DNA of 64,000 nucleotides from Leptogorgia sarmentosa (GCA_964658305.1 OZ210884.1:5332001-5396000), one strand, 5' to 3'; positions 1 to 12,307 are shown, counted from the stretch's first letter. Notes: generated by a model from the sequence alone, not told the origin. Numbers and translations: made by a program.

Positions 1-2
1 AT

Positions 3-563
3 CCGTTTTTCTACCAACGTGTTGTCACAAAAGCAAAGCTTCTATCGTGCTTAACAGCTATGATCTGCATCATGGTGATTGAAACGATAGTATCCTATTA
101 CAAAACAGGAGCTACGGATATTATGATTATAGCGAACTTGGCTTTGTTCATGAGCTTGTTCACATTTGCAAACTACAAAATGTTTATCGTTGCCAAGTCA
201 AAACAAGCGAACGAGATTATCGTCCTGGGATCGCAAGCGGGAATAAAAAAACAGAAATGTTTTGTAAGTTTCAAATACATTTCCACATGTTCCTTGGCGG
301 TGTTTTGTTCCCTCATCTGTTCTTGTCCACCAATCGTACATTCTGGTTTATGTTGGAAATGGGAAACACCATTATACGGAACACAGTTTCTTTCACTTGG
401 ACTGTGGGCGAACACATCTGTTAGCATGAGCTCTACTTTCAATTGCTTGATATTTTTCTGGAGAAATTCTATCCTTCGTCGCGAGGCAACAAAGATATTC
501 AAAGGATCTCATCATCATACTGGGCCGGTTGTATCAAAAGCGTTTACCACAAACAGTGGATAA
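3..563 (+). CDS. Rhodopsin-class (class A) orphan GPCR, 3' part (ICL2 to C-tail), intronless; 5' end lies outside the window
   Basis: The frame is open from base 3 (PFFYQRVVTKAKLL, ICL2-like) through hydrophobic TM4/TM5, TM6 STCSLAVFCSLICSCPPIV (CxxP) and TM7/helix 8 SSTFNCLIFFWRNSILRREA (NPxxY variant). Stop at 561-563; AATAAA at ~576. Confidence 0.85.
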   Translation, partial: PFFYQRVVTKAKLLSCLTAMICIMVIETIVSYYKTGATDIMIIANLALFMSLFTFANYKMFIVAKSKQANEIIVLGSQAGIKKQKCFVSFKYISTCSLAVFCSLICSCPPIVHSGLCWKWETPLYGTQFLSLGLWANTSVSMSSTFNCLIFFWRNSILRREATKIFKGSHHHTGPVVSKAFTTNSG

Positions 564-2054
564 GTAAAAAACTCAAATAAATATATAAACTATTGACTTC
601 AAGAAAATTAAACTTTTCTGTCTGAACATAAGAACTATATGTATGGAACCATGGTTGTTTGAAAGTCGGAATAGCGCTATGCATTGGAACAAATCTTTCA
701 ACCGTTGTTAGAATGTTATAGAGCTATAAAATTGCACACCTTGGCCTTGCAGTAATATAAAAATAAGTTAAAATTTTAAATATCGAAGTTTAATCTAGAT
801 TAGACCGATCAATGGTTGTTTTATGGAGCTTGAAAAATTCAAAGCGCTACGCAACACCTTCGAACAACCGAGTAGTATACAAATACAGGAGAGATGGCAA
901 TGTATTAAATTTTTGCCAACATACCTCGTGTATACAAAGTCTATGTTGAGCTGATATAGCTGAAATTTAATAATATCGTGTCACAGATCTAGTAATTGTG
1001 TGAATTTAAATTGAAGTGATAATCACAACATTAATTACAAACGTCCTAAAACACGAGCGGGAAACTGCAATTAGTTTTGAAATTTAATACTATAATTTCT
1101 GAAGCAGAAATTAAACTGGAGAACTGGCCTATTTTGTATTTGCAGTGGAAATATACATATACTTGCATATACTTCTGCTTCGAACAATGCAGAATGAGGC
1201 CTGTTTGAAATATCAAAATATGTCTGCGTCGAACCGGGTGCTAATGGCCTCATCAATCATTAACACACAGCTGAATAGTGCATATATATATACTACTTTT
1301 ACATGCACTATATACCGTTTTATTTTATGGCAAGTGTTTCTGAGCTGCCATCTGCTAAAATACAGCATTCTGATTGGTTCCTGAGCGGTCGGTAAACTGC
1401 AGTACGGACCGCTCAGGTTTAGCGACGTCGGTTGTTTATTGACTAATCAAGCGGGAGCGAAGACGAAACAAATTAAAAGCATGCTTGAACATTTTGCCGG
1501 TTCACTTTTTTTGGTAGCCATGCAATAACATTTTAGAGAACAATTTTTAGCGAACTTCTTCAGCTGTTCTTATATTAATTAGCCGTTTACTGGCTTTGTT
1601 GATAGTGTTGAATTGTTGTAAACGAGTTTTGTCTATATTTTCCCTATAATAAACAGCTTATTGACTGAGCTTGTTCGGTCCGTACTAGGCTCGGTCCATA
1701 AACAAGCGCAAAAGAACTCAACCGTGCAGTATCCTCCAGTACGAACAGTCAATAACATAATTATATGTATAATATAGTAAATAACATAGACTAAAAAATA
1801 ACTTGAACATAAACAATTCATGCATGCAATGCTATATACAATTACTGATTTCCTCATAATGTTCAATTTCGACATTTGAAACACTGAAATTAATTTTTCT
1901 GCTTTTAACCCTTTACCCTTGCCTCTAAGATATCTGTTTTATCTCTCCGTAATATCAACATCTGTTTTAGTTCCGCAAAATATATGACTTTAATATTTGT
2001 TTTAGTTCTGCAGAGTATCTGTTCTATACTTCTTTATAATGATATCTGTTTTAG

Positions 2055-5000
2055 TTCGACCGGAGTTTACAGATACTCTCGCCATTCGTCAAGGTCGTCA
2101 CCCAATTTTGGATAAGATTTTACCAGAATCACCTGTTCCAAACAACGCAGTAAGAAAAATTATAGTTTTTTATAACATATTGTAGTACTCCAATGAATGG
2201 CATCTCGCAGAACTGAACGATTGAATGTTATTTCTATCATTTTTTACGGTCACAAGAAGTCATACTAAGTTTTCATTTTCTTGGCGTTCTTTGCATTATA
2301 TTTTCATTGAAGCATTGGGCAGATATATTATTATAATTATTGAATTAATTTTATTGCAACTTTTAACGCAATTCTACTAGGAGATGTAAATTTTGTAAAT
2401 TTTAATTACTTTTTTTCACAGTCGTCACTCGAAAGGAGAATTGCATTGCAAAAATAAAATTGAGCCATGTCACAAGACCTTAAATGCTTGTTATTTTATA
2501 CGTTTAGCCATGTAAATAGCATTATATGACTTTAAACGTTTCTGAGTATATTAACATCAAATAGTACACCTATTCTGATGATTTACGAATTTATTTTCAT
2601 ATTTTAATGCTAAAAACTATTCTGAAGAACATGAAAGATGGCAACGAAACTGAAAGTAGATAATTTTATTTTCTGTTAAGTACGCAGCTGATGGGAGTAA
2701 TTTTGTCATCGTCACCGGACCAAATATGGTAGGCTGAAACGCATTATCCAAACTGCCTCAATCAGGGCCTAAAATAACTAGAGCGTTAATGGAAGGGGGA
2801 GGGTTCGCATATTCGTATTGTGCCCAACCAATTTCTTTCTAAATTTTACAAAAATCAACTAATTCTAAAAGAAATTCGTCGGGCAGAACACGGACATATG
2901 AATATACCCCCCGCCCCGCCCTAATCAGCGCTCTAGTTTTGCCCTAATCTCTTTTTCAGCATGTTGACCTTAACTGATCATGTACCAACCTCAAAACCCT
3001 GGGTACGAGGTTGATCATGTACATCATCTACATATATTGTAATTGTTTAGAGTGGAAAATCTACGTACCTGAAACAGATAGCGTTACTTCAAATAATGGC
3101 TCAGATTGGTTCATTTGTTCCTGCTGAGTATGCATCTTTCAGGATAACACGACAGCTTTTCACTAGAATTGGCAGTGATGATGACATTGAAACTAATTCA
3201 TCTACGTTCATGTTAGAAGTCAGTATTGTTTTCATACGTTTATTATTTAGAGTGCTGTCCTCTCAGACTGGGCCAATTCTTAGTCAAGATCCCCAAGTTT
3301 AAAAGGGTCCTAGCGGATCGTAGCTTAGATTGAAAGCAGACTTATATTTTTTATTCATCTTAGAAGGGGGGGGGATAGGGGGGGGGGGGAATTATACAAT
3401 ATTTGAACTGGGAGGGCTAACATGGCCAAAGTCAGACATTCCCAAAAACATTTTCTATTTATTTATCCGCCCAAGTACGCATGCAACAATAGCCTTATTC
3501 TATATCTAATTACCCTGTGCAATATTCTTATTTCTATATTTTGCAGATGAAAGAGATAAATTACATCCTACAGGTACAGAAATTTTGCTCATGAATGCTT
3601 CATACACGTGACGTGGTTGAGAACACAAAAATTTTTGCCCGGCACTCATGCGATTAAGACAGTAAATATGACCTTTGAAATTGGTCCCCCTTTGTATTTT
3701 GTCATATAACGATCACTTCGCGACACCCAAGACCAATCCCTACTCTAAATTTTCCATAAAATTTCAGGTGTTTTTACTGATCAGCTCCAGCTCATATATC
3801 ATATATTTATTTCTGAATTGTTATTTCTGGTTCATATATATATTCATTTCTGAAGTTACTTCGTTCACATAAGTTTAAGATAAACAAATTTTGTAGAATG
3901 TGACAAATGATTCTCTAATTATTATTGATGAGCTGGGTAGAGGTATGTATGGACAAGTGTTGCAATACACCCTTCCGAAAGTATACGCCAGTAAACTCGA
4001 CAGCAAGGCTGACTGGTCACTGAATCTTATGACTATAATTACAAGATTTACTCAATTTCAAGTTAAAAAAGACACAGTACTTCAAGTACTTCATAAATTC
4101 GTATATATCAAAATAATTATTTTCAATCTAATTAGACATTCCAACTTTTATCCTTTGGTAAAAAATTGTTTTCAAAAATAATTATTTTTGCCTTCCAAAA
4201 ATGCCTGCTTTGCGTAAGAAAGGATAATCTGTCCCAGTAAAAAACACTTTGATGCACAAATTATTATCTGCATTAAGGTACTAGCAGTGAAGAAGGACTC
4301 GCTATCTGCTACTCAATATGCGAACACCTGATTGCAAAAAAGGTGAAAAATTAGCAATGGTTAATAAATTACTTTATTGTTTGGGTAGCGAGTAGAACTT
4401 TTGCTGCTTTTCATAGAGTTTAAAATTTTAATAGTGTTTTTATGAATTAATTATACCAATTAATAATAACTACAGTGGCGTCGTGGAACCTGTTCAAATT
4501 CTGGGGGGGAGGGGGAGGGGGAGGGAATGCCCCCCACGGCCACGACGCCACTGAATGACTATATACTGTTGGCCTGAATTTTTAGGCATTCACTTTCTTT
4601 GCAACGCATTTCTTGGAGCTGACAACAATGGATGGTTTATACCCAAATATTGAGAAGTAAATTGATTTTTTACCCGTCTCAAAATTAATGAATAGTATAT
4701 CTACCATAAAAGTCATTAAATGGAATTTCATGTTTATAATGTTTTTATTTAGTTATCACATGGAAATTCAGGTACTCGATAATTTCTTTATAAGATTAGC
4801 GTTACTGATCATTGCAGACATACTCCGTGTTTTATCACATCCAAAACTCTCAGCTGTTATCTAAAATTTTAATTATGATAAAACACTCTTGCATATTGCT
4901 ATATAATTATATGGCTTTGTAAAAATTTGGGAACACATGTACATCCATAACTATAAATCTATAATAGTTAGGTATAACTGAGTTTAGCAGTATCCTTTGA

Positions 5001-6472
5001 CGAAAATCACACAATAATTATTTGTGCAAATTATAATACGGTGTGTCTCAAGAAACACGGAACAGTTATGTATTAAAAACGAAATCGTTGTTGTGCGTCA
5101 GTATTTTTAACTCGTTTTGTTTGCTTTTAATGTAGCTACACGAAATGAAATTCAGCGAGGCTGAGAAATGTTAATTTCATCAAACTATTCCTTATAATAG
5201 CTACATCATTATGAAAAATAACTTCAGAAAACTACACATTTAAGTGTTTCACTTTTTGAGATACACTGTATACATCAGTAATATCAGTGCTGAAACTTAC
5301 AGTTTCAATATTTAATAATTATTATACTAGACTAGAGGTTTGTTTGTGTATATAAAAAACATGAGTGGAAAAGCCTATCTATATCGTTTTTCATTTTAGA
5401 GGATTGTTAATGAAGATGCTCAAGGTGAAAAGATTTCATACACTCATACGTTAAGCAAAGGAAGTACCAGTGAGAAGCATTATGGTAAGTATTCTTATCT
5501 GGCTTCACAACTTTATATTTTTAATAGGCATGCAGTCACCCCTGGATTCCATGACGTGCCATTCTGAATATTCATTCACCACAATTTATGTAGAATCGAA
5601 TCTCATGTTTAGCTTTTGTATTTCGAGGATTTCTGTTTATTAAATGACATTTCTTCTCTCTAGGATTAGAACTAGCTAAAGTGTCGGCTTTACCTCCGGA
5701 ACTCTTAAACGAAGCTGGGAAATTGTCAAAAATCTTTACAGAGCAGAAAAAGGTGATTTTAACTACAGTATACTGAGTGTATTGTTTTCTGACAACACAC
5801 TTTTCAATACCCAGTGTTGTCCTGCATGCTTTCATTTCTGAGGACGTTTAACAAACAGAGTACTTTCATATGAACGTTTCTGACATATGTGATATACCTG
5901 TTCAATCAATTTTTTACAAATTATCAGCTCCCTAGCTTGCATCAATGGTGTTGGAATATTTCCCGTGACCCATGACTCATGACTCATGAGCTGGTTACGA
6001 TTATGATTCGGATATACCTAGGATTTGGAGGTATTGAAATAAGTCATTTTATAAAATGGAACAACCAATATTAGGAGACTTTCAGCATTGACAAAAAATT
6101 TTAACAAAAACCAATGCCCAACATTGTGTTTATTTGATAATTCGGTAGAACAAAATCTCAAGCAATCACTGGAATTAAATGTTTTCGTCAATTAAGTTCT
6201 TACCTATGACTTGTTTCTGTCAATACCTCAAAATCATCTTTTATTTAATTCACCCTTCAAATGAACCCAAGGTTAACACGGAATGATATAATTACTTTCA
6301 GTCTCAGTCTGAGTCTTCCGTTGAGGCGAAGAAAGAACGAGCAATATTTCGACTGGCTACAAAACTTACTCAAGCAGCAAAAAACTCGTGTCTGGATGAA
6401 AATGGATTGCAAACTTACCTCCAAGGTCTCAAAGCGCAATACTACAGAGATATAGAAGAAATGGAAGAATAA
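2055..6472 (+). CDS. MSH4: MutS homolog 4 (meiotic MutS-gamma), C-terminal ATPase region, last 11 coding exons
   Basis: GT-AG exons: 2055-2149, 2681-2728, 3051-3218, 3547-3573, 3897-3942, 4278-4342, 4586-4656, 4753-4771, 5400-5484, 5664-5752, 6302-6472. They splice in frame to [20 protein letters not shown]...[14 protein letters not shown] (Walker A)...[12 protein letters not shown]...[10 protein letters not shown] (Walker B)...FATHFLEL...HYGLELA...[16 protein letters not shown], which closely follows human MSH4 as I recall it. Confidence 0.96.
2986..3013. mobile_element. 28-bp remnant of a CAACCTC...GAGGTTG (AcademH-like) non-autonomous element
   Basis: Inverted termini caacctc/gaggttg, flanked by a perfect 9-bp direct repeat ATCATGTAC (2977-2985 and 3014-3022). 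Confidence 0.6.
4473..4553. mobile_element. hAT-type MITE (81 bp) in an MSH4 intron
   Basis: TIRs cagtggcgtcgtgg/ccacgacgccactg; 8-bp TSD aataacta/aatgacta (7 of 8 match). Confidence 0.7.
5039..5268. mobile_element. Tc1/mariner-type MITE in an MSH4 intron
   Basis: Imperfect TIRs cggtgtgtctcaagaa/tttttgagatacactg, with TA on both sides. Confidence 0.55.
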
Positions 6473-9400
6473 TCTATTTAATTTAAACTTCAGTTCTATC
6501 GCATAATATACTTCTTAAGGATAATATTTAGCTCTTCCAAACATAAATTATCAATAATTTTCCTATTTTTCCCTATCCCTAAAATTTCCCTAGTAAAATG
6601 ACCATGCTAATGACGTTACGTGATAAGTTTTCATGATTTATAAAAATGTTTCCTTAAGTTTGTATCAATATTCACGTAGCTAATACATGTTTATGCAACC
6701 GTTCCTGTTATATGCAGCGACTTGAATATGACCCTTATATAATTGTTGTATTCTTGTTACCTTGATATATAATTCTAGTCCTCGACCTTTTAATAATTCG
6801 AATATCAAAATGTCTGCTAAGTGGGCTTCCTGGCACTTTTAGCCTCTTAAAGTTATTTCTCGAAGCCAGAGCCTATTATTGATATTATTCCATAAAAATT
6901 GTAATTTTAACATGTAAGTTGTATTAAGGTACAAATAAACCATTATTGTTGTTGTTGTTAATGAAATATGTTATAGCTACCGTTGGCACTAGCCATGAGA
7001 GCGAAATAAATCTTAATTTTATTATGCCTATCCAACTGTCTGTTTGTCGACATAAAAGCTGATAATTGACATCTCTTCCGCGGAAGTTAATGTATATCCG
7101 ATACAACAGTACATGCACATATGATGTAGCCATTTTTTGTTGAAAATGTTTCGATTGGTTTAGTTAAGAGCTGTGGATGCAATCGTCGTGTCCGTTCGGT
7201 ACAACACATATACGATATTATGACGTCACACTAATTTATGTTGTTTGTGCCAAAAGCAGGAAAATACGAATGACTCCCTCAAAGAAAGGTTTTTGATTGT
7301 TTACAATGCAAGCTTTCATCCTAAGTCCAATAAAAATTCAATTAAATAATAAAACAATTTGAATTCAGTTCTCGTATAAAAGCCTATATAGGATATATTG
7401 AATTATTAAGGCCTCGGTTTGTGTTTAATCAACAATTATTCGTCCAAGGCGAATCGATGATTACAGGTGATTATTTGAAATTCACAAGGAATATTAATAT
7501 TTATTATTTCAGAAGCGGCACAGAAATTTGTATATCCAGCTTACATCGCATGAACATTGATCTTGCTTTCCTTATGATGAATAACTTGATCATTATTTTC
7601 TTATTGATACGTATATTTTCATAGGGATTTCTTCATTTCCTTCATATATCTATTTCATTGAACTTGAAAACGGTTGCTGAAACCAGTTTGTTGTACTGAA
7701 AAAACCTTTTCATGTGCAGCGTATGTAGCAATGTGTTAAAATGCAAAAACCAATATAAACAGTAGGATCTATTCAAGCACACTCAGTAATTTTTAAAGAA
7801 AAGCATGTGATTGATTGAGCAAATTATTTAGAAATTTCATGCCAGTATTACATTCATGGAGATGCATTTTTGTGTCAATGGCGCTGAAGGGAAAGTTGAC
7901 ACAAGATAATACGTGTCGTCTACGAATTGAAAATATTTTTAACACTTAATCTAGCAGGTTAAATAGGTCATCTTACCTTGCCATTGTTGAATGACATTTT
8001 TTGTGCCATTTTGGGCAAAAGGAAGCAAGTATATGAGCTTATTAATAATTGCCAGTCAAAATAACATATTTTCACCGTTGAAAAATTACTCCCTCTGACC
8101 CTCTGGGACTCGGAGCGGACGAACTTCACTTCGATGAACGATTTGGACATGTAAATTATTAACAATCCTGGGAAAATCAGTAAACGCATTGAGCTAAGGT
8201 CTTTGTTAACATGATACATCCGACAATTTTTATCGTTCTCTCATATTTGTTCTAGACTTTCATCGGGAATAGTTCGAGTTCCGTTTCAGAGCCAATTAGA
8301 TATCCAGACTGACCTTGATAGCATCTAATCCACAAATAAAAAAGCAAGACCTCCCTTTGGAGTTTACAACCTGAGGCAATCATGCAGGATGTTTTCGCGC
8401 GAATAAATTATCTACGCTTCACTGAAGCGGAATTTATGCGTGATCTATTGAAATTCCGGTCCATGCATGTAGGCTTCAAATACGTAAATTTTATATATAT
8501 AATTTGCGCATTTGCTGACCACATATGGCAACGTATTTTATTATAATTTTAATCAGAATCGCACTATGCAGTGGAAAATTTCAAACTTGTTTGATTACCA
8601 TCGTGCCAATTAGATATATTAAGTAATGCCTTATTCATATATTTACTACTCAAATCGCGTGTGAGTCAATTAAATTCGACGTCTGAAACAGGTTTTTAGG
8701 GCTAAATTTTTGAACTTTGAAGCTGTGACTCACTAAAGTTTTAAACTGCCTATTCCGTTTATGCCCAATGGCCTTCTTTTCATGTTCGCTTTTCTGAAAG
8801 CTATATCCCAATATAGTCTTGAAGAAAGCGTTTTTGTGTGAATTTGTTCATGCTCAATTGCAAAATCAACCTCACCCTATTACAGAAACCATGGAAAAGT
8901 GACCACATAAAAGCGAGGTCAATGTGTTAAATTGCAATAACCAGTATAGGGCTATTCAGGCACTACATATATCCAAGTGGTTTTACAGTCTAGAACTAGA
9001 CTCGACACATTCTTTGAAGTTAGTAGAAACGGTTCGAATTTGGCATTGCAAATGTCTGCACTGAAGATGTTATTGCAAAATGATGAACTAATTTACAAGC
9101 TGAGGCACGCATGCTGTTTTTTGCGCGCAAGGAATTGAAGCGGAACTAGCTTCTGCGTCCAGCCGACATGCAACAGATTCCGTCAGATTAGCACCTGATG
9201 ATGATGAAACACAGCCTGCCTTTATATTAAAATATGCGGTAGAATGGACACATAATGCTAACGAAATGTAACTCAAGTATACTTAGTATAAATTACGAGG
9301 AATATATTCTTTGTAGAAGAATAACTGAATCAAATATCTTGAAAGTTCATATCAACATAATTACATAATGAACATATATATCATGCATACTGCATGTTGT

Positions 9401-9522
9401 AAGGCTGTCGATCAGCACTTGCTAATCTGCCACTAAACTTCAATTCCTTTTTTGTACACAGAACATCGATATCATCTTATTCCGTTTCAGCACTTCTTCC
9501 TTTTCAGCGAGCCCAATTTGTC

Positions 9523-9530
9523 TATAAAAA
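9523..9530 (+). promoter_or_regulatory. TATA box of secreted precursor gene A
   Basis: TATAAAAA about 110 nt upstream of the ATG. The motif and the downstream gttggtggtgct...cagttcatc are conserved in the paralog at 20182. Confidence 0.7.
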
Positions 9531-9633
9531 GGCAGTTGGTGGTGCTAGGGATTAGACAAGTTTGCCAGTTCATCTAGAAACAGACACTTTAAAATACCTC
9601 AAGTCTAGCTACGAGAAGACAAGAATTGACAAG

Positions 9634-11099
9634 ATGGCCAAAGCTCTTATTTTTGCAGTTTGTGTGGCATTATTCGTTAGCGCTGGTAAGTATAAGTATT
9701 TCGTTTCATAGTTTGATACTAGATACGTTTTGTTATAGTTTCACGCACGGAAATACCTTAATTGCAACAATATTGCAGTCATTGACCACTGGTAATTTAA
9801 ATCTTCTCTGTCATTAATATTTCCGACTTTACATTTTCCATTTCCAGTTGTAGCTACTTTTGGCTGCTTCTATGCAGAACAAAAAATATTTAAAACGTGA
9901 AATTAATCTAGCTAGGTGATCATACGATAGCGAATCAAGAATTAAATGTGCTAACTTCAACGTAAAACTGAAGAGCTTTATCTGCCCTCTTGCTGATATT
10001 CGATACAATTGGGTCATGGGTGGTAATCTCAAAGGAGTAAAAGTAAACATCATAATGATAAATTCGAGTCTTGCCGCATGCACATTTAGCCAAAATCGGT
10101 GCTTTATTGGTATTTTCTAGATTTCATTTTGTATCTAAATTGCCTTTCCCGAGTTGCACTCCACTAAACCAAACAGAATTCCAGTAAACTAATTCTGTCA
10201 CGCACCTTGCCTGCCTAAACGAAAACAGCGCCGTATGCCTCATTTATAATTGTGCCACTAAAATATTGTATATTTTATAATCAGATGCAAGTGTGAAGGA
10301 GGCAATGCAGATAAGAATCTTCAATCCCAACTTCAGTGGAATGTCTTCTCAAGAACTTCAGACTCTCATTGAGCGAGCTAATCTAACAAGTTTGGGTTAC
10401 AAGAAAATTACGGAGACGAAGACGGAAACCGATTTTGAAACAGGTTAGTGTTATAACTCAGCTCACTAACTGAAAGATGGAAGCCGACTTTGAAACAGTT
10501 TAGTTATACTTGCAATGCCAAGTTTTCTCCCAGAACAGCATGCAGCCTTGATTTCAATGGCCTTTTTATAAAAAAGAATCATGCAAATTTTTGTTCGTAT
10601 CAGTTTACTCTTCTGACAATTTGAGCTCACATAGGGAGAGACTGTTTCGCCGCTAAAATTAATGGCATGGATATTTCCTGCATTAACGCAACATTCGACT
10701 TTTTCAACTTAATTTTGAAATTAGATATATTTGCCACAGATAAAGAATTTTTTTCTTAATAAGATTGTATTTATAACTGCAGGCCTGGAAGTTCAGAAAG
10801 AAGCAGTGAGATATTTGAAGGAAATGCGTTGTGATCAGGTAGCTGAAGCTGAAGAAAAATTGCAAAGTCTTTTTCCTGAAGCTCTCAGTGATGATGTCTC
10901 TGCAAGAGTGAAATCTGAAATTCAAAGTCGAAATATCAAAGGTGATGTAACGTGCATCACTGGCATCGAGTTTCATCTGAAAGCTTGTCAATATCGCAGA
11001 GAAAGACGTGATGCGAAAGGACAAGATCCGTCGCAGAAATCCGTAGGTTGTGGCATTTGCATTGGTATTTGCATTTCGCTCATGCTTCCAAGCCTTTAA
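9634..11099 (+). CDS. Secreted prepropeptide, paralog A (uncharacterised): signal peptide, prodomain, furin site, Cys/Ile-rich C-terminal peptide
   Basis: Exons 9634-9685, 10285-10443 and 10783-11099 (phase-1 GT-AG introns) give MAKALIFAVCVALFVSADASVKEAMQIRIFNPNFSG...DFETGLEVQKEAVRYLKEMRCDQ...TCITGIEFHLKACQYRRERR|DAKGQDPSQKSVGCGICIGICISLMLPSL*. The exon structure is reproduced in the paralog; AATAAA at ~11238. Confidence 0.85.
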
Positions 11100-11483
11100 A
11101 TTAGCTGACGACTATAAGCAAGAACATCATCGTTATTTTGAATTAGTGTTTAGTACTCTTATATTTGCAACATATCATTAAATATTGTATTAAATGTATA
11201 AAAGCAGAAGATTTATGTCTTGGTAATTCTACAAGTCAATAAAAAGTTTTATTTTCTGTAAAATTGAATGGCAAAAAGTGCAAAGATTCGATTCCTTTCT
11301 TAAAGAGCCCTGGAAATTGATGGTCACGTGTTGGAAACAGTACAGAGGCACAAAGGCACAAAGGGTTGAGTTTAATTATTCAGAAATAATTATTCAGGTT
11401 GGCGAAATACCGCGAGTGCGAAGCACGAGTTGTTGAAGCTTTTTAGCCAATCAGCGTCCAGGAACTTGACAACAATGATATTA

Positions 11484-11850
11484 GGTGCGAAATACTACCA
11501 TTATTTGCACTAAATATTTTAGTCTGTCTTTCATTGAAATGACACAATTTCTAGCCAACTCTTCGCTCGTGTTCTCTTAGGGGTAAAGTTTGTGAATATT
11601 TTGTAAAGTCTTGCATTTAAAAACATCAACTTATATACCCTGAAATTAAACCGTGTATTAATTAAATGCGGCTACGGCGATCTGTTCATACAAATAGTAA
11701 ACATACGCAAATCAGCACTTTTAAATTTAAAAATTACTGCCGACAATACATTGACAAATTTATCTTGTGTTTCAATCCTTAGTCGTTTCTTCCCCCTTCT
11801 CAGCGTTTTCCTAACATTTATATCTTCTCAGAAGGCTTTTCAAGTCTTGT
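11484..11850 (-). mobile_element. Diverged partial copy of the Helentron-like element at 13393-15072
   Basis: Shares gtgcgaaatactac...cgctcgtgttct...gggtaaagtttg...ttaaatgcggctacggcga...cagaaggcttttcaagt with that element. Confidence 0.7.
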
Positions 11851-12136
11851 ATTTAAAGCTTCTGCTTTCCATGACAGTCCGCCATATTTTTGAGACTATT
11901 ATGAAAAAAAATTGAAAAATCATTTGTGTAAACCAAAGTTAGTTCTGGTTCAGTTCATTTGTAATCTCGCTAAAATTAGGAACCACTGATGTCAATCGTG
12001 GATTACCCAATAGATACATATTCCTGCCACAAAATACTATCCAGAAGTCCAACTCCATTTTATTTCGTAACTGCTACCTCAGAACCATTTTACGCTTAAT
12101 TTAATTAACGCGATGATCACTTCCTTTATCTTTCAG

Positions 12137-12307
12137 TCTCAGTCTGAGTCTTCCATTGAGGCGAAGAAAGAACGAGCAATATTTCGACTGGCTACAAAAC
12201 TTACTCAAGCAGCAAAAAACTTGTGTCTGGATGAAAATGGATTGCAAACTTACCTCCAAGGTCTCAAAGCGCAATATCACAGAGATATAGAAGAAATAGA
12301 AGAATAA
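12137..12307 (+). other. MSH4: Duplicated MSH4 terminal exon (alternative last exon or pseudo-exon)
   Basis: 171 nt with 5 substitutions relative to 6302-6472; intact tctttcAG acceptor, open frame and TAA. Confidence 0.9.

Noticed and set aside
10470..10510. Partial repeat of the exon-2 3' end of precursor A (ggaagccgactttgaaacagtttag) as an alternative donor
   Set aside because: An in-frame TAG directly follows the first donor and the copy is absent from paralog B; most likely a neutral micro-duplication.
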